Source: an uncultured Gammaproteobacteria bacterium
Lineage (GTDB): Bacteria > Patescibacteriota > Patescibacteriia > Magasanikbacterales > JBBTXJ01
DNA: 64,000 bases
Assembly: GCA_964636345.1 (NCBI GenBank)
Contig: CAZWRL010000001.1
Span: 235 to 64,234, forward strand
Reading direction: 5' to 3'
The notes below the pieces were generated by a model. The model was given only the letters and a program-made list of their open reading frames with translations, did no database searches and was not told the DNA's origin. Each line of letters starts with the position of its first letter. Position 1 is the stretch's first letter. A program made the translations under genes and the position numbers. Positions 46,076 through 55,809 of the stretch are shown piece by piece.

Positions 46076-48232
46076 ATGCGTATTTCAGTCATTGGACTCG
46101 GGAAATTGGGAGCGAGCATGGCGGCCGCGTATGCAGACCGGGGATTTTCAGTTGTTGGTGTTGATGTGAATGAATATAACGTCTCGTGTATCAATAATAA
46201 AATTTCGCCGGTGCCGGAACCGCATGTTGATGAACTTTTGAAAAAAAATGCAGAGCGCGTACGGGCAACGATGAGTATGGAAGAGGCGGTTCTTGGAAGT
46301 GACGTTTCTTTTGTCATGGTACCAACCCCTACTGATGAAACCGGCCGTTTTACGTCGCGCTACGTGATTGCGGCGTGTGAAAAGATTGGTGAAGCTTTGC
46401 GCAAAAAAGAAGAGTATCACCTGGTGGTGGTCACGAGCACGGTGATGCCGGGGGATACCCATACGCGTATCGTTCCTATTTTGGAACAGTTTTCTGGCAA
46501 AAAATGCGGTGTTGATTTTGGTTACTGCTACAATCCTGAATTTATCGCGATCGGCTCTGTGGTGCGGGATTTACTCAATCCGGATTTTTTGCTTGTCGGC
46601 GAATATGATACGCGTTCAGGCGATGTGCTCGCGGAGTTTTATACCCAGGCCGTAGAAAATCAGGCACCGCTCAAACGCATGAGCATTGTTAGTGCGGAAA
46701 TTGCAAAATTGTCCCTCAATGTGTTTGTGACGATGAAAATTTCTTTTGCCAACACGCTTGCAGAATTGTGTGAGCAATTTCCGGGAGCAGATGTTGATAG
46801 TATCACCGACGCCATTGGCACCGATAGTAGGATTGGTAAAAAATATTTAAAAGCAGGCGTGGGATATGGGGGTCCATGTTTTCCGCGTGATAATCGTGCG
46901 TTTGAAAAAATAGTGCCCGCCGCGCCAGATATTATTTTTCACTCATCCGTTACCGACCGCATTAATGAGCGTAGTAAAAAACGTCTTCTTGATCTGGTGC
47001 TTCGCCATGCCGACGCAGGTAAACGGGTGACTATCATTGGACTATCCTATAAATCAGGTACGCCGGTTGTTGAAGAATCACATGGCATCGCGCTTGCGCT
47101 TGCATGTCTTAAAGCAGATAAAACCGTTTGTGTGTATGACGCAAGTGGTTATCAGCATGCGCGCGCTATACTTGCGGAGCGGGTAACGTATGCGGCGTCA
47201 TTGAAAGAATCGGTTGAAAAAGGGGACGTTTTGGTAGTCATGAATATGGATCCGGCATATAACGAGATGATACCGTATCTCACCCACCAGCACACGGTTA
47301 TTGATCCGTGGCGTGTATTTCGTGACCGGTTGCCCGCGTCAGTGTTGTATGTTCCTATGGGGCTTGGTTGCACGCCGACACGAGAAATAGCACAAGACGC
47401 AGCATTTGATGTAACGCCAGTTGAACGAGTGGCGGCATACTGGGATGCACGGCCATGTAATATACGGCATTCGCTTGCGCCGGTTGGAACACAACAGTAT
47501 TTTGATGAGGTGGAAGCCCGTAAGTATTTAGTTGAGCCCCATATCCCGGGTTTTGCCGAGTTTGAAAAATGGCGTGGCAAGCGTGTACTTGAAGTTGGTT
47601 GTGGCATTGGCACGGATACTATTAATTTTGCTCGCGCGGGTGCGCGTGTCACCGCCGTTGAGTTGTCAGAAAAATCACTCGCGCTTGCGCGTGAACGCGC
47701 TCGTATATTTGGACTGGAGGATGTTATTACCTTTTATGTTGCCAATGCAGAAGAATTATCTCGCGTTGTTCCGGTAGAACCCTATGATCTTGTGTACTCA
47801 TTTGGCGTCATACATCACACGCCGCATCCGGAGCGTGCCATTGTTGAAATTCAAAAATATCTCCATCGGGAGAGTGTGCTAAAAATCATGGTGTATCATC
47901 GTCACTCGTGGAAGGTGTGGTGGATTATGCTTCGTTACGGAAAAGGAAAATTTTGGGATGGTGATCGTTTAGTGGCGAACTATTCGGAGGCACAAACCGG
48001 ATGTCCGGTAACCTATATTTATTCTAAACGGCAGGCCAAAAAATTATTGCAGGGTTTTGATATTCTTGCTGAGCAGCCCGAACATATTTTTCCCTACGTT
48101 ATTTCCGAATATGTACAGCATCGGTATAAGAAAGTATGGTATTTTCGCTATCTGCCGACGTTTATTTTTCATTGGCTTGAGCGTAGCGCAGGGTGGCATT
48201 TATGTATTTCTGCGCGGCCACGTACCACATAA
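46076..48232 (+). CDS. UDP-glucose/GDP-mannose dehydrogenase fused to class I methyltransferase
   Basis: GLGKLG, VPTP, YNPEF, GYGGPCFPRD, then in frame YW..RPC and VLEVGCGIG. Confidence 0.88.
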   Translation: MRISVIGLGKLGASMAAAYADRGFSVVGVDVNEYNVSCINNKISPVPEPHVDELLKKNAERVRATMSMEEAVLGSDVSFVMVPTPTDETGRFTSRYVIAACEKIGEALRKKEEYHLVVVTSTVMPGDTHTRIVPILEQFSGKKCGVDFGYCYNPEFIAIGSVVRDLLNPDFLLVGEYDTRSGDVLAEFYTQAVENQAPLKRMSIVSAEIAKLSLNVFVTMKISFANTLAELCEQFPGADVDSITDAIGTDSRIGKKYLKAGVGYGGPCFPRDNRAFEKIVPAAPDIIFHSSVTDRINERSKKRLLDLVLRHADAGKRVTIIGLSYKSGTPVVEESHGIALALACLKADKTVCVYDASGYQHARAILAERVTYAASLKESVEKGDVLVVMNMDPAYNEMIPYLTHQHTVIDPWRVFRDRLPASVLYVPMGLGCTPTREIAQDAAFDVTPVERVAAYWDARPCNIRHSLAPVGTQQYFDEVEARKYLVEPHIPGFAEFEKWRGKRVLEVGCGIGTDTINFARAGARVTAVELSEKSLALARERARIFGLEDVITFYVANAEELSRVVPVEPYDLVYSFGVIHHTPHPERAIVEIQKYLHRESVLKIMVYHRHSWKVWWIMLRYGKGKFWDGDRLVANYSEAQTGCPVTYIYSKRQAKKLLQGFDILAEQPEHIFPYVISEYVQHRYKKVWYFRYLPTFIFHWLERSAGWHLCISARPRTT

Positions 48233-48237
48233 CCTCT

Positions 48238-49134
48238 ATGCATTACCCCGCCATTGCTTTGGTAACGGGCTGTTACAATGATGAGAAATATATCGGCGAG
48301 ACCATTGAGTCCGTGCTTTCGCAGAATTATCCCAATCTTCAGTACGTTGTTATTAATGATGGTTCTACCGATGGAAGTTTGCGTGTTATCCAGAAGTACG
48401 AAAAATTTTTGCACTATTTTGAAAATTGGGAGGGTTATCGAAAGAGCATTGCCGCGGCGCTTAATCGTGGATTTTCTCATACCGACGCGTCGCTCATGGG
48501 CTGGATTAATAGCGATGATGTTCTGCTTCCTAAAAGTTTGCTTACCGTTGCTGATATTTTTGAAGAAATGCCAGGGGTTGATTGGTTTACCGGACTGGCG
48601 ACCACGCTTAATGACCGTTCACAGATTGTTGAGGTGCGTCCTTTCCGTAAAAATTTATACGATTATTTAGCAGGGGATTGGCAGACCATTCAGCAGGAAT
48701 CTACCTTTTGGCGTCGTTCTCTTTGGGATCAGGCAGGAGGACATCTTGAGGAAAGCTTTGAACACGCTTTTGATGTTGAACTATGGACTCGTTTTTTTAG
48801 ATTTGCAGAACATTATCATGTAACCACGGTACTTGGCGGGTACCGGCGTATTAGCGAGAGTGGCAGTATTAGACATAAAGACGAGTTTTACGCGTTTGTT
48901 AAACAGGCGCTTGACGAACTTCGTCGGCAGATTCCTGCTACGGACATGAAGCGTACACGGCACTATTCAGCACTCAAACGTTATGCCAGGCGGTTTCTTC
49001 GTTTTATCCCGCATGCATGGTATGAAAAAAGTAAACGTTTAGCACCACTGGGATATAAAATAATCTCCCGAGATTATGCAAATAATCGCTATGCGCTCCG
49101 TACCCAAAACCCATTTAGGTCATTGTTTGAATAA
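48238..49134 (+). CDS. GT2 glycosyltransferase
   Basis: TIESVL.Q.Y, DGSTD, WINSDD, QQESTFWR. Confidence 0.9.
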   Translation: MHYPAIALVTGCYNDEKYIGETIESVLSQNYPNLQYVVINDGSTDGSLRVIQKYEKFLHYFENWEGYRKSIAAALNRGFSHTDASLMGWINSDDVLLPKSLLTVADIFEEMPGVDWFTGLATTLNDRSQIVEVRPFRKNLYDYLAGDWQTIQQESTFWRRSLWDQAGGHLEESFEHAFDVELWTRFFRFAEHYHVTTVLGGYRRISESGSIRHKDEFYAFVKQALDELRRQIPATDMKRTRHYSALKRYARRFLRFIPHAWYEKSKRLAPLGYKIISRDYANNRYALRTQNPFRSLFE

Positions 49135-49137
49135 GCT

Positions 49138-50073
49138 ATGGCAAAAATTCTTGTTACGGGAGGAGCGGGGTTTGTTGGTTCGGTCTTGGTCGAGTTTTTA
49201 CTTTCGGCAGGACATACCGTGACCGTTTTTGACAACCTCATGTATCGGCAGCACACGTTTTTGCCGCATTTTATTAATCCGCATTTTGAATTTATACAGG
49301 GTGATATACGTGATGCGGCTGCGGTTTTTGCTGCGCTGCGCGGCGCAGATGTGGTAGTTCACCTTGCTGCGCTTGTGGGAGCGCCTCTGTGTGAACAACG
49401 CAAGCACATGGCAGAGGAAGTTAATGTTGGCGGCACTCGTACGGTGTTGGATGCCTGTTCGCCAGAACAATTCGTTTTGTTTGCGTCCACGGGTTCAAAT
49501 TATGGGAAGGTAGACACCTTGTGCACGGAAAACAGCCCGCTCAATCCGCTGTCGGTCTACAGTATCACCAAAACCCGCGCGGAAGAACTGGTGATGGCGC
49601 GCGGCAACGCCATTTCGTATCGCTTTGCCACCGGTTTTGGGCTCTCACCGCGGCTTCGGCTTGATTTGTTGCCCAATGACTATGTGCATCAGGCGATTAA
49701 AAACGGGACGCTTATTGTGTACGAACGCGGCGCGCTTCGCACGTTCATCCATGTGCGCGATATGGCGCGCGCGTTTCTTCACGCGATTGATAATTACGAG
49801 CGCATGAAAAACAACGTGTATAATGTAGGTTCAAACGACATGAATTTTTCCAAAGAAGACCTTGCACGGCTCGTGCAAAAACACGTTGATTTTTATCTTC
49901 ATTTTGCGGAGTTCGGCGCTGACCCGGACAAACGGGATTACGAGGTGAGTTACGATAAACTCGCAGCCACAGGATTTCGTACGAGCATTACCATGGAGCA
50001 CGGTATTACGGAATTGGTGAAGGGCATGCGCACGGTTCCCGGATTTAATCCCTACATTAATGTCATTCACTAA
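49138..50073 (+). CDS. NAD-dependent epimerase/dehydratase
   Basis: VTGGAGFVG, HLAALVG.P.C, YSITK, SPRLRLDL. Confidence 0.9.
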   Translation: MAKILVTGGAGFVGSVLVEFLLSAGHTVTVFDNLMYRQHTFLPHFINPHFEFIQGDIRDAAAVFAALRGADVVVHLAALVGAPLCEQRKHMAEEVNVGGTRTVLDACSPEQFVLFASTGSNYGKVDTLCTENSPLNPLSVYSITKTRAEELVMARGNAISYRFATGFGLSPRLRLDLLPNDYVHQAIKNGTLIVYERGALRTFIHVRDMARAFLHAIDNYERMKNNVYNVGSNDMNFSKEDLARLVQKHVDFYLHFAEFGADPDKRDYEVSYDKLAATGFRTSITMEHGITELVKGMRTVPGFNPYINVIH

Positions 50074-50075
50074 CC

Positions 50076-51734
50076 ATGAAGATCGCGCTTGCGCAACACA
50101 ATTATACGGTGGGGGATATTGTCGGCAACACGGCATTGCTTTTGGCATCAGTGGCTCGCGCGGCGCAGGAGGGCGCGGACGCCGTGGTTTTTTCTGAAAT
50201 GGCGGTCACAGGCTATCCGCCCATGGATCTTTTGGATCAAAAAGATTTCGTTGCCGATGCCTTGCATGCCATAACCGCGGTGCGAGAAAAGAGCAGGGCA
50301 TATACGCAGTTGACGATTGTGGTGGGTGGCATTGATCGCACGGAGTTGGATGGCGTGGTGTCGCTCTACAACAGCGCGTATGTGCTCCGGGGCGGCGAGA
50401 TGGTGGCGGTGTATCATAAATCACTGTTGCCAACCTATGATGTGTTTGACGAACGGCGATATTTTGCATCAGGCACCGCGCCGTGCGTCGTAGAAATTGC
50501 TGGAGAGAAATGTGGCATTACGATTTGTGAGGACATTTGGAACGACCGTTTTTATTGGCCCGAGCGGCGGTACGGGTATGATCCGGTAGAGGATTGCGTA
50601 GCACGCGGCGCACGAATGATTATCAATATTTCCGCATCGCCCTATCATGTTGGTAAAGAGCGCGAACGCGAAGCGATGGTCGCGGCACTCGCAAAACGCC
50701 ACGGGGTCACGGTGGTGTATGTGAACCAAGTTGGCGGTAATGACGAGCTTATTTTTGACGGGCATTCGTTGGTGATGACATCGGATGGCGCGGTGTGCCG
50801 CGCGCCGGGGTTTGAGGAGGCGGTTAATATGGCAGCCATTCTTGATTCTATCGCACCGACTTCGTCGGTGCTTCAGAATGACAGTGTTGAGGAATCCATC
50901 GTATGCGCCCTCACGCTTGGTATTCGTGATTACACGCGCAAATGCGGTTTCAAAAATGTGGTGCTCGGACTTTCCGGTGGCATTGATTCTGCAGTCACCG
51001 CGGCGCTTGCCGTTCGGGCGCTTGGGGCCGAGCATGTGCGCGGCATCGGGATGCCATCAAAATTTTCATCAGAAGGTTCAGTGAATGACGCACAGCAACT
51101 CGCGAACAATTTATGTATTCAGTTTGACCTGTTGCCCATTGAACCAATTGTGCAGGCGTATGCCGCTGTGCTTGCGCCGGTTTTCGCCGGCACTGTGCCT
51201 GGCGTTGCCGAGGAAAACATTCAGGCGCGCATTCGCGGTGCGCTCCTCATGGCAATTTCCAATAAATCGGACGCGCTCCTTTTGACCACCGGCAACAAAA
51301 GCGAACTCGCGGTTGGTTATTGCACGTTATATGGCGATATGTCGGGTGGTCTTGCCGTCATCGCGGATCTTTCAAAGGGCACGGTGTATCGCGTGGCGCG
51401 GTTTATTAATGAAGAGGCAGGGCGCGACATCATACCCGCATCAACACTCACCAAAGCTCCGTCGGCGGAATTGCGACCCAATCAGACGGATCAAGATACC
51501 CTGCCACCGTATGATATATTGGATGAAATTATTCATCGGTATGTTGAGGAAGGGCAGGGGGCAGAGGAAATTATCGGTACCGGTTTTGATCCGGCAGTAG
51601 TTAGCGCGACCATGCGTATGATTAATCAAAATGAGTATAAACGACGGCAGGCCGCGCCCGGACTGCGTGTGACGAGCAAAGCGTTTGGCGTGGGGCGCCG
51701 AATGCCGATCGCCACAAAACGGACGCGTCTTTAA
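50076..51734 (+). CDS. nadE: Glutamine-dependent NAD+ synthetase
   Basis: Nitrilase domain (E, K..LP.Y.VFDE, ICEDIW) plus GLSGGIDS, GNKSE, TLYGD, PSAEL, NEYKRRQ. Confidence 0.95.
   Translation: MKIALAQHNYTVGDIVGNTALLLASVARAAQEGADAVVFSEMAVTGYPPMDLLDQKDFVADALHAITAVREKSRAYTQLTIVVGGIDRTELDGVVSLYNSAYVLRGGEMVAVYHKSLLPTYDVFDERRYFASGTAPCVVEIAGEKCGITICEDIWNDRFYWPERRYGYDPVEDCVARGARMIINISASPYHVGKEREREAMVAALAKRHGVTVVYVNQVGGNDELIFDGHSLVMTSDGAVCRAPGFEEAVNMAAILDSIAPTSSVLQNDSVEESIVCALTLGIRDYTRKCGFKNVVLGLSGGIDSAVTAALAVRALGAEHVRGIGMPSKFSSEGSVNDAQQLANNLCIQFDLLPIEPIVQAYAAVLAPVFAGTVPGVAEENIQARIRGALLMAISNKSDALLLTTGNKSELAVGYCTLYGDMSGGLAVIADLSKGTVYRVARFINEEAGRDIIPASTLTKAPSAELRPNQTDQDTLPPYDILDEIIHRYVEEGQGAEEIIGTGFDPAVVSATMRMINQNEYKRRQAAPGLRVTSKAFGVGRRMPIATKRTRL
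50844..50882. repeat. Half REP-like element inside nadE
   Basis: gattctatc-gcaccgacttcgtcggtgc-ttcagaatgac; same ends as 4375-4422. Confidence 0.7.
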
Positions 51735-51735
51735 T

Positions 51736-53274
51736 ATGGGACATGTCAAAACAATCGGCATGGGCACGATTACGGGCGCTATCTCTAATGTTGTCGCACT
51801 CGCGGCCGGTATTATCACCGTGCCTCTCTTAATCAAGAATCTTGGCACGGATGCGTACGGTCTTTTGGGCGTGGTATCCGCACTGGTTGGTTTTGTTGGT
51901 GTCGTTGATCTCGGACTCACCTCAACCATCACGAACGCGATTGCGTACGGCAACGCGCGCGCTGATCATTCGCGCATCAACCGGCTTTTTTCCGGCGGTA
52001 TCTTGCTCTACACGCCGCTCGTGTTCGCGATTGTTGGGCTGGTGACATTGCTCGTATACGCGCCCTGGTTTCCACTCGCGTCGCTGTTGAATATCACCCC
52101 TGATGTTGCGCGTCTTGCCCGTTTGGTGATTGTTATCATGCTCTCCTATACGATGGCCGGCGCGTTTTGGGGCGGCGTGTTGAAATCGCTCTATCACGGC
52201 GTGAATGATGTGGCAATCTACAATGGCACCCAGACCATCTATAATAGTTTCTTTGCTCTTGCGTTCATTTTGTATCTGTTGTTTGGGCAGGTAACGCTCC
52301 TTGGGGTGGTGCTGGTACAAGCGGTTGGCGCGCTCGTGCGTTTACTCTTGTTTGTTGGTGTTGCCACACGGCGGTATACGTGGTTTTCTTTCATATGGTC
52401 ACGGGAGAGTGTGCGGGTTGTCGCGCCGCTCCTCAACTATTCCGTGATATTGTTTTTGTCCATGGTCTGTATTGTTATTCTTGAACGCAGCGACAATATT
52501 GTGTTGGCGCATTATCTTGGCCTTGCGGCCGTTGCCTCATACTCTATTGTGTATAAACTTTTTTATTTGCCGGCAGCAATGCTCCCCATTGCAACCGCAA
52601 GCGCGCCCACGGTTGCCGCCTTGTATGAACAAAAGGACTGGGCGGCGCTTGCCACGCTCTATCGCCGTATTTTGCGCGTGAATATTATTCTCAAGTTCAT
52701 CGTATTTGCATTTCTTTTGGTGTTTGCGCGCGAGATTGTGGTGCTCTGGGTTGGTGTTGATTTATTTACCGGTTACGGCACCGTCGCGGCGATCGCCGCC
52801 ACATATATGGTTTTTGCCTGGAACGGCACCCATAGTTTATTTTTCGGCGCCATGCAGAATTTCAAGCCGGAATTGCGCGCGAACGCGATTTCTATTGTTT
52901 TGAATCTTGCTTTTTCCATTTATTTGGTGCAAAAGATCGGTATGGCGGGTGTGCCGCTCGGCACGCTCCTGTCATTTTTGTTGGTCAACGCGTGGTATTT
53001 GCCGCGCACGCTCGTTCGGCTTCTGGATATTCATCCGTGGCGCGAAGCTGTGCGATTACTGTCTCGGATTGTGCCGTTACTCTTGGCGCTGGTGGCCGTG
53101 CATTATTTTTTGATTACGCTCGTGACCGATAATCTCCCACGGTATATCCTGGCAGCCGTGATAGGCGTGTTATTCATGTTCGCAGTATTTTTGGTGGCAT
53201 TTGGGCCGGGCGAGAAACAGTTTATAGTAGCCGGTGTGCGGAATAAATTACAGGGTTTATTGCGACGCGTATGA
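51736..53274 (+). CDS. Wzx-like flippase (MOP family)
   Basis: LG...YG, DLGL, D.I.L..YLG..AVA.Y, many TM helices. Confidence 0.88.
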   Translation: MGHVKTIGMGTITGAISNVVALAAGIITVPLLIKNLGTDAYGLLGVVSALVGFVGVVDLGLTSTITNAIAYGNARADHSRINRLFSGGILLYTPLVFAIVGLVTLLVYAPWFPLASLLNITPDVARLARLVIVIMLSYTMAGAFWGGVLKSLYHGVNDVAIYNGTQTIYNSFFALAFILYLLFGQVTLLGVVLVQAVGALVRLLLFVGVATRRYTWFSFIWSRESVRVVAPLLNYSVILFLSMVCIVILERSDNIVLAHYLGLAAVASYSIVYKLFYLPAAMLPIATASAPTVAALYEQKDWAALATLYRRILRVNIILKFIVFAFLLVFAREIVVLWVGVDLFTGYGTVAAIAATYMVFAWNGTHSLFFGAMQNFKPELRANAISIVLNLAFSIYLVQKIGMAGVPLGTLLSFLLVNAWYLPRTLVRLLDIHPWREAVRLLSRIVPLLLALVAVHYFLITLVTDNLPRYILAAVIGVLFMFAVFLVAFGPGEKQFIVAGVRNKLQGLLRRV

Positions 53275-54017
53275 GTAAACCACTCGTGTCTGTTATCATG
53301 CCTGCGTATAACAATGCTGCGACCATCGCGGTTGCGCTTGATGCTCTCCTCGCGCAGACGTATCAGCCGTTGGAAATTATCGTGGTTGATGATATGAGTG
53401 ATGATGGCACCGCCGAGATAGTGAAGCGTTATCGCGCGGCGCATCCGGAGGTGATTCGGTACCTGCGCGTGCCATACGATGATCCGTATCGGTATAATGA
53501 TAAGGGTATTAATATCAATGCCGGATGGAGCGCACGGAATTTTGGCGTGGAACAGGCGCGTGGCGAATTAGTAACATTTCAAGATGCCGATGACGGCGCG
53601 CGCGCGAATAGGATTGAGGTGCAGTATGAACTCATGCAAAAATATAACTCGCATCATGTGGTGGTGGATTGGCAAAAATTTGATCCGACGTTGAATGGGA
53701 AGGTGTGGGAAGGCGAAATGAAAGGGTTTGTTTCAACAAAAGAAATTATGCGGTTGGTGCGAAAAACCAGGCCGCGTCGTTCTTTTACACGCTGGGACGC
53801 ATACCCATGCGCCGGCAGTAATCCGCTTGTGCGGCGCGAGGTGTTTGAAAAGGTGCGGTTCCGCCCGCTGTGGGAACGCACGCGGCCATCAAAAAAGGGG
53901 AGAGGCGCGGATCGTGATTTTAACTTCTGGGTGGCGGAAACATTTGGTGACAGCATCGCCGCAAAAATCCCACTCGTCTTGTGGCGCGTTGATAGCCAGA
54001 ATCCAGAATACCAATAA
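53271..54017 (+). CDS. GT2 glycosyltransferase
   Basis: VSVIMPAYN, VVDDMSDD, ARN.G, FQDADD. Confidence 0.9.
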   Translation: MSKPLVSVIMPAYNNAATIAVALDALLAQTYQPLEIIVVDDMSDDGTAEIVKRYRAAHPEVIRYLRVPYDDPYRYNDKGININAGWSARNFGVEQARGELVTFQDADDGARANRIEVQYELMQKYNSHHVVVDWQKFDPTLNGKVWEGEMKGFVSTKEIMRLVRKTRPRRSFTRWDAYPCAGSNPLVRREVFEKVRFRPLWERTRPSKKGRGADRDFNFWVAETFGDSIAAKIPLVLWRVDSQNPEYQ

Positions 54018-54018
54018 T

Positions 54019-55809
54019 ATGTGTGGCATTTTAGGGTCGTTTGGGACGCGGCTCCCGGAACGCGAAACATTCCAAAAAGCGCTTGATACACTTGCCCGTC
54101 GCGGTCCGGATGGCGAGGGTATCTTTGCAACGCCAACCTGTTTACTGGGTCATCGGCGGCTTGCCATTATTGATCTGGCAACCGGCGCGCAACCGATGAC
54201 TTCTTTTGATGGGCGGTTCATCATCACCTTTAACGGCGAGATTTATAATTATCGCGAGCTGAAAAAAGAGCTGGAAGGGGTGTATCCTTTTTCAACCAAT
54301 TCCGATACGGAAGTCATTTTGGCAGGTTACCGCGCGTGGGGCAGGGGGATACTGGATCGTTTGGAGGGCATGTTTGCGTTTGCTATTTTGGACACCGAAA
54401 AACAAGAATTATTTTGCGCGCGCGATCCGTTTGGCATCAAGCCGTTTGTGTACGGAACCGCGGGAAATACTTTTTTCTTTGCGTCAGAAATTAAGGCGCT
54501 CCGCGCGCTCGGCATTTTTGAGGGCGGCATTGATGAGGCGCGCATTCCGGAATTTTTTGCGTTGAAACACATACCCGCGCCACATACCATCTATCGCGAT
54601 ATTAAGAAATTACCGGCTGGACACTTTTTGTGTTCACGACTGGACGGGAATGTGTTGACGGTAGATGAGCCAGTGTCATTCTGGAGTCCCGATAGTGAGC
54701 TCTGCGAGCGTATCGGGACGATAGAATCTCGTCTGGATGCTATCGCTCGGCCTCTGGCCTCGCTCCAGCATGACATACGTACGTGGCTCCTCGATTCCGT
54801 AAAAGCGCATCTCGTTTCAGACGTGCCGATTGGCGCATTTTTGAGTGGCGGACTTGATTCCTCTTCCATCGTGTGGGCCATGAGCCAGTTCACGCGCCCA
54901 AAAACGTTCACCGTTGGATTCAAGGAGATGCCCGATGATCCGGATTTGTTTCACGCGCGCTTGGTTGCCAAGCATTTCAACACCGAACATACAGAAATTT
55001 TGCTAGACCTTGATCTCCGTGACACCTTTTCCAAAGTGATGCGCTATTTTGATGAACCGTTTGCCGACCCGGCAACGGTGATGAACTGGTATGTGGCGCA
55101 GGCAACCAGCGGACAGGTGAAAGTGGCGCTCTCCGGTGATGGCGGAGACGAGCTCTTTTTTGGCTATGACACCTACGCGGCGATTGGCGCTGCGGCCACG
55201 ATGCGGCGTCTTTTGCCGTGGTTTGATTCGCGTTCATTTATTTTACAACGCTATTTTGGCTATAATCCGCGCATGCAAAAGCGGGTACTGCGCGGGGCAC
55301 AGCAGATAAGGGAACCGTTTATAGATTGGGAAGTTGATGGGCGCGATCTCAAAGAGGCCGTCCGCCAGATGGATATTGCGTACACCTTGCCCGAATATTA
55401 TTTGCGTAAAGTTGATGGCGTCAGCATGATGAATTCTCTTGAGGTGCGGGTGCCGTTTGTCAGCCGCGCGTTTGCCGCTCATATTCTTCCCCTGCCGGTG
55501 GCGGCGCATTATGATGAGCGTGCCGGAAAAGCGCTTCTCCGGCAGGCGATGGCCGGCGTCTTGCCAGAGCCGGTGTTGACGCGAAAAAAACAAGGCTTCA
55601 CGCGCCCATGGAGGACGCTGTTTGCGGGATCAATGCGTGATATGGTGCGCGAACGTTTGTTGTCACAGAATATGGCGCGATCCGGATGGTTTAATATGAA
55701 TTACCTTGGCATGATGCTCCTCGATCAGGAAGAGGGGCGGCGCGATTACGCGAACATGCTCTTTCGCCTTTTGGTTTTTTCCGAATGGTTGGAAGCGCAA
55801 ACCGTATGA
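54019..55809 (+). CDS. asnB: Asparagine synthetase B-like amidotransferase
   Basis: MCGI, RGPD, HRRLAIID, NGEIYN, SDVP.GAFLSGGLDSS, SGDGGDE, SLEVRVPF. Confidence 0.93.
   Translation: MCGILGSFGTRLPERETFQKALDTLARRGPDGEGIFATPTCLLGHRRLAIIDLATGAQPMTSFDGRFIITFNGEIYNYRELKKELEGVYPFSTNSDTEVILAGYRAWGRGILDRLEGMFAFAILDTEKQELFCARDPFGIKPFVYGTAGNTFFFASEIKALRALGIFEGGIDEARIPEFFALKHIPAPHTIYRDIKKLPAGHFLCSRLDGNVLTVDEPVSFWSPDSELCERIGTIESRLDAIARPLASLQHDIRTWLLDSVKAHLVSDVPIGAFLSGGLDSSSIVWAMSQFTRPKTFTVGFKEMPDDPDLFHARLVAKHFNTEHTEILLDLDLRDTFSKVMRYFDEPFADPATVMNWYVAQATSGQVKVALSGDGGDELFFGYDTYAAIGAAATMRRLLPWFDSRSFILQRYFGYNPRMQKRVLRGAQQIREPFIDWEVDGRDLKEAVRQMDIAYTLPEYYLRKVDGVSMMNSLEVRVPFVSRAFAAHILPLPVAAHYDERAGKALLRQAMAGVLPEPVLTRKKQGFTRPWRTLFAGSMRDMVRERLLSQNMARSGWFNMNYLGMMLLDQEEGRRDYANMLFRLLVFSEWLEAQTV
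54674..54775. repeat. Complete REP-like element (102 bp) inside asnB
   Basis: tgtcattctggag-tcccgata..tatcggga-cgatagaatc / gatgctatcg..ctccagcatgaca. Confidence 0.85.
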
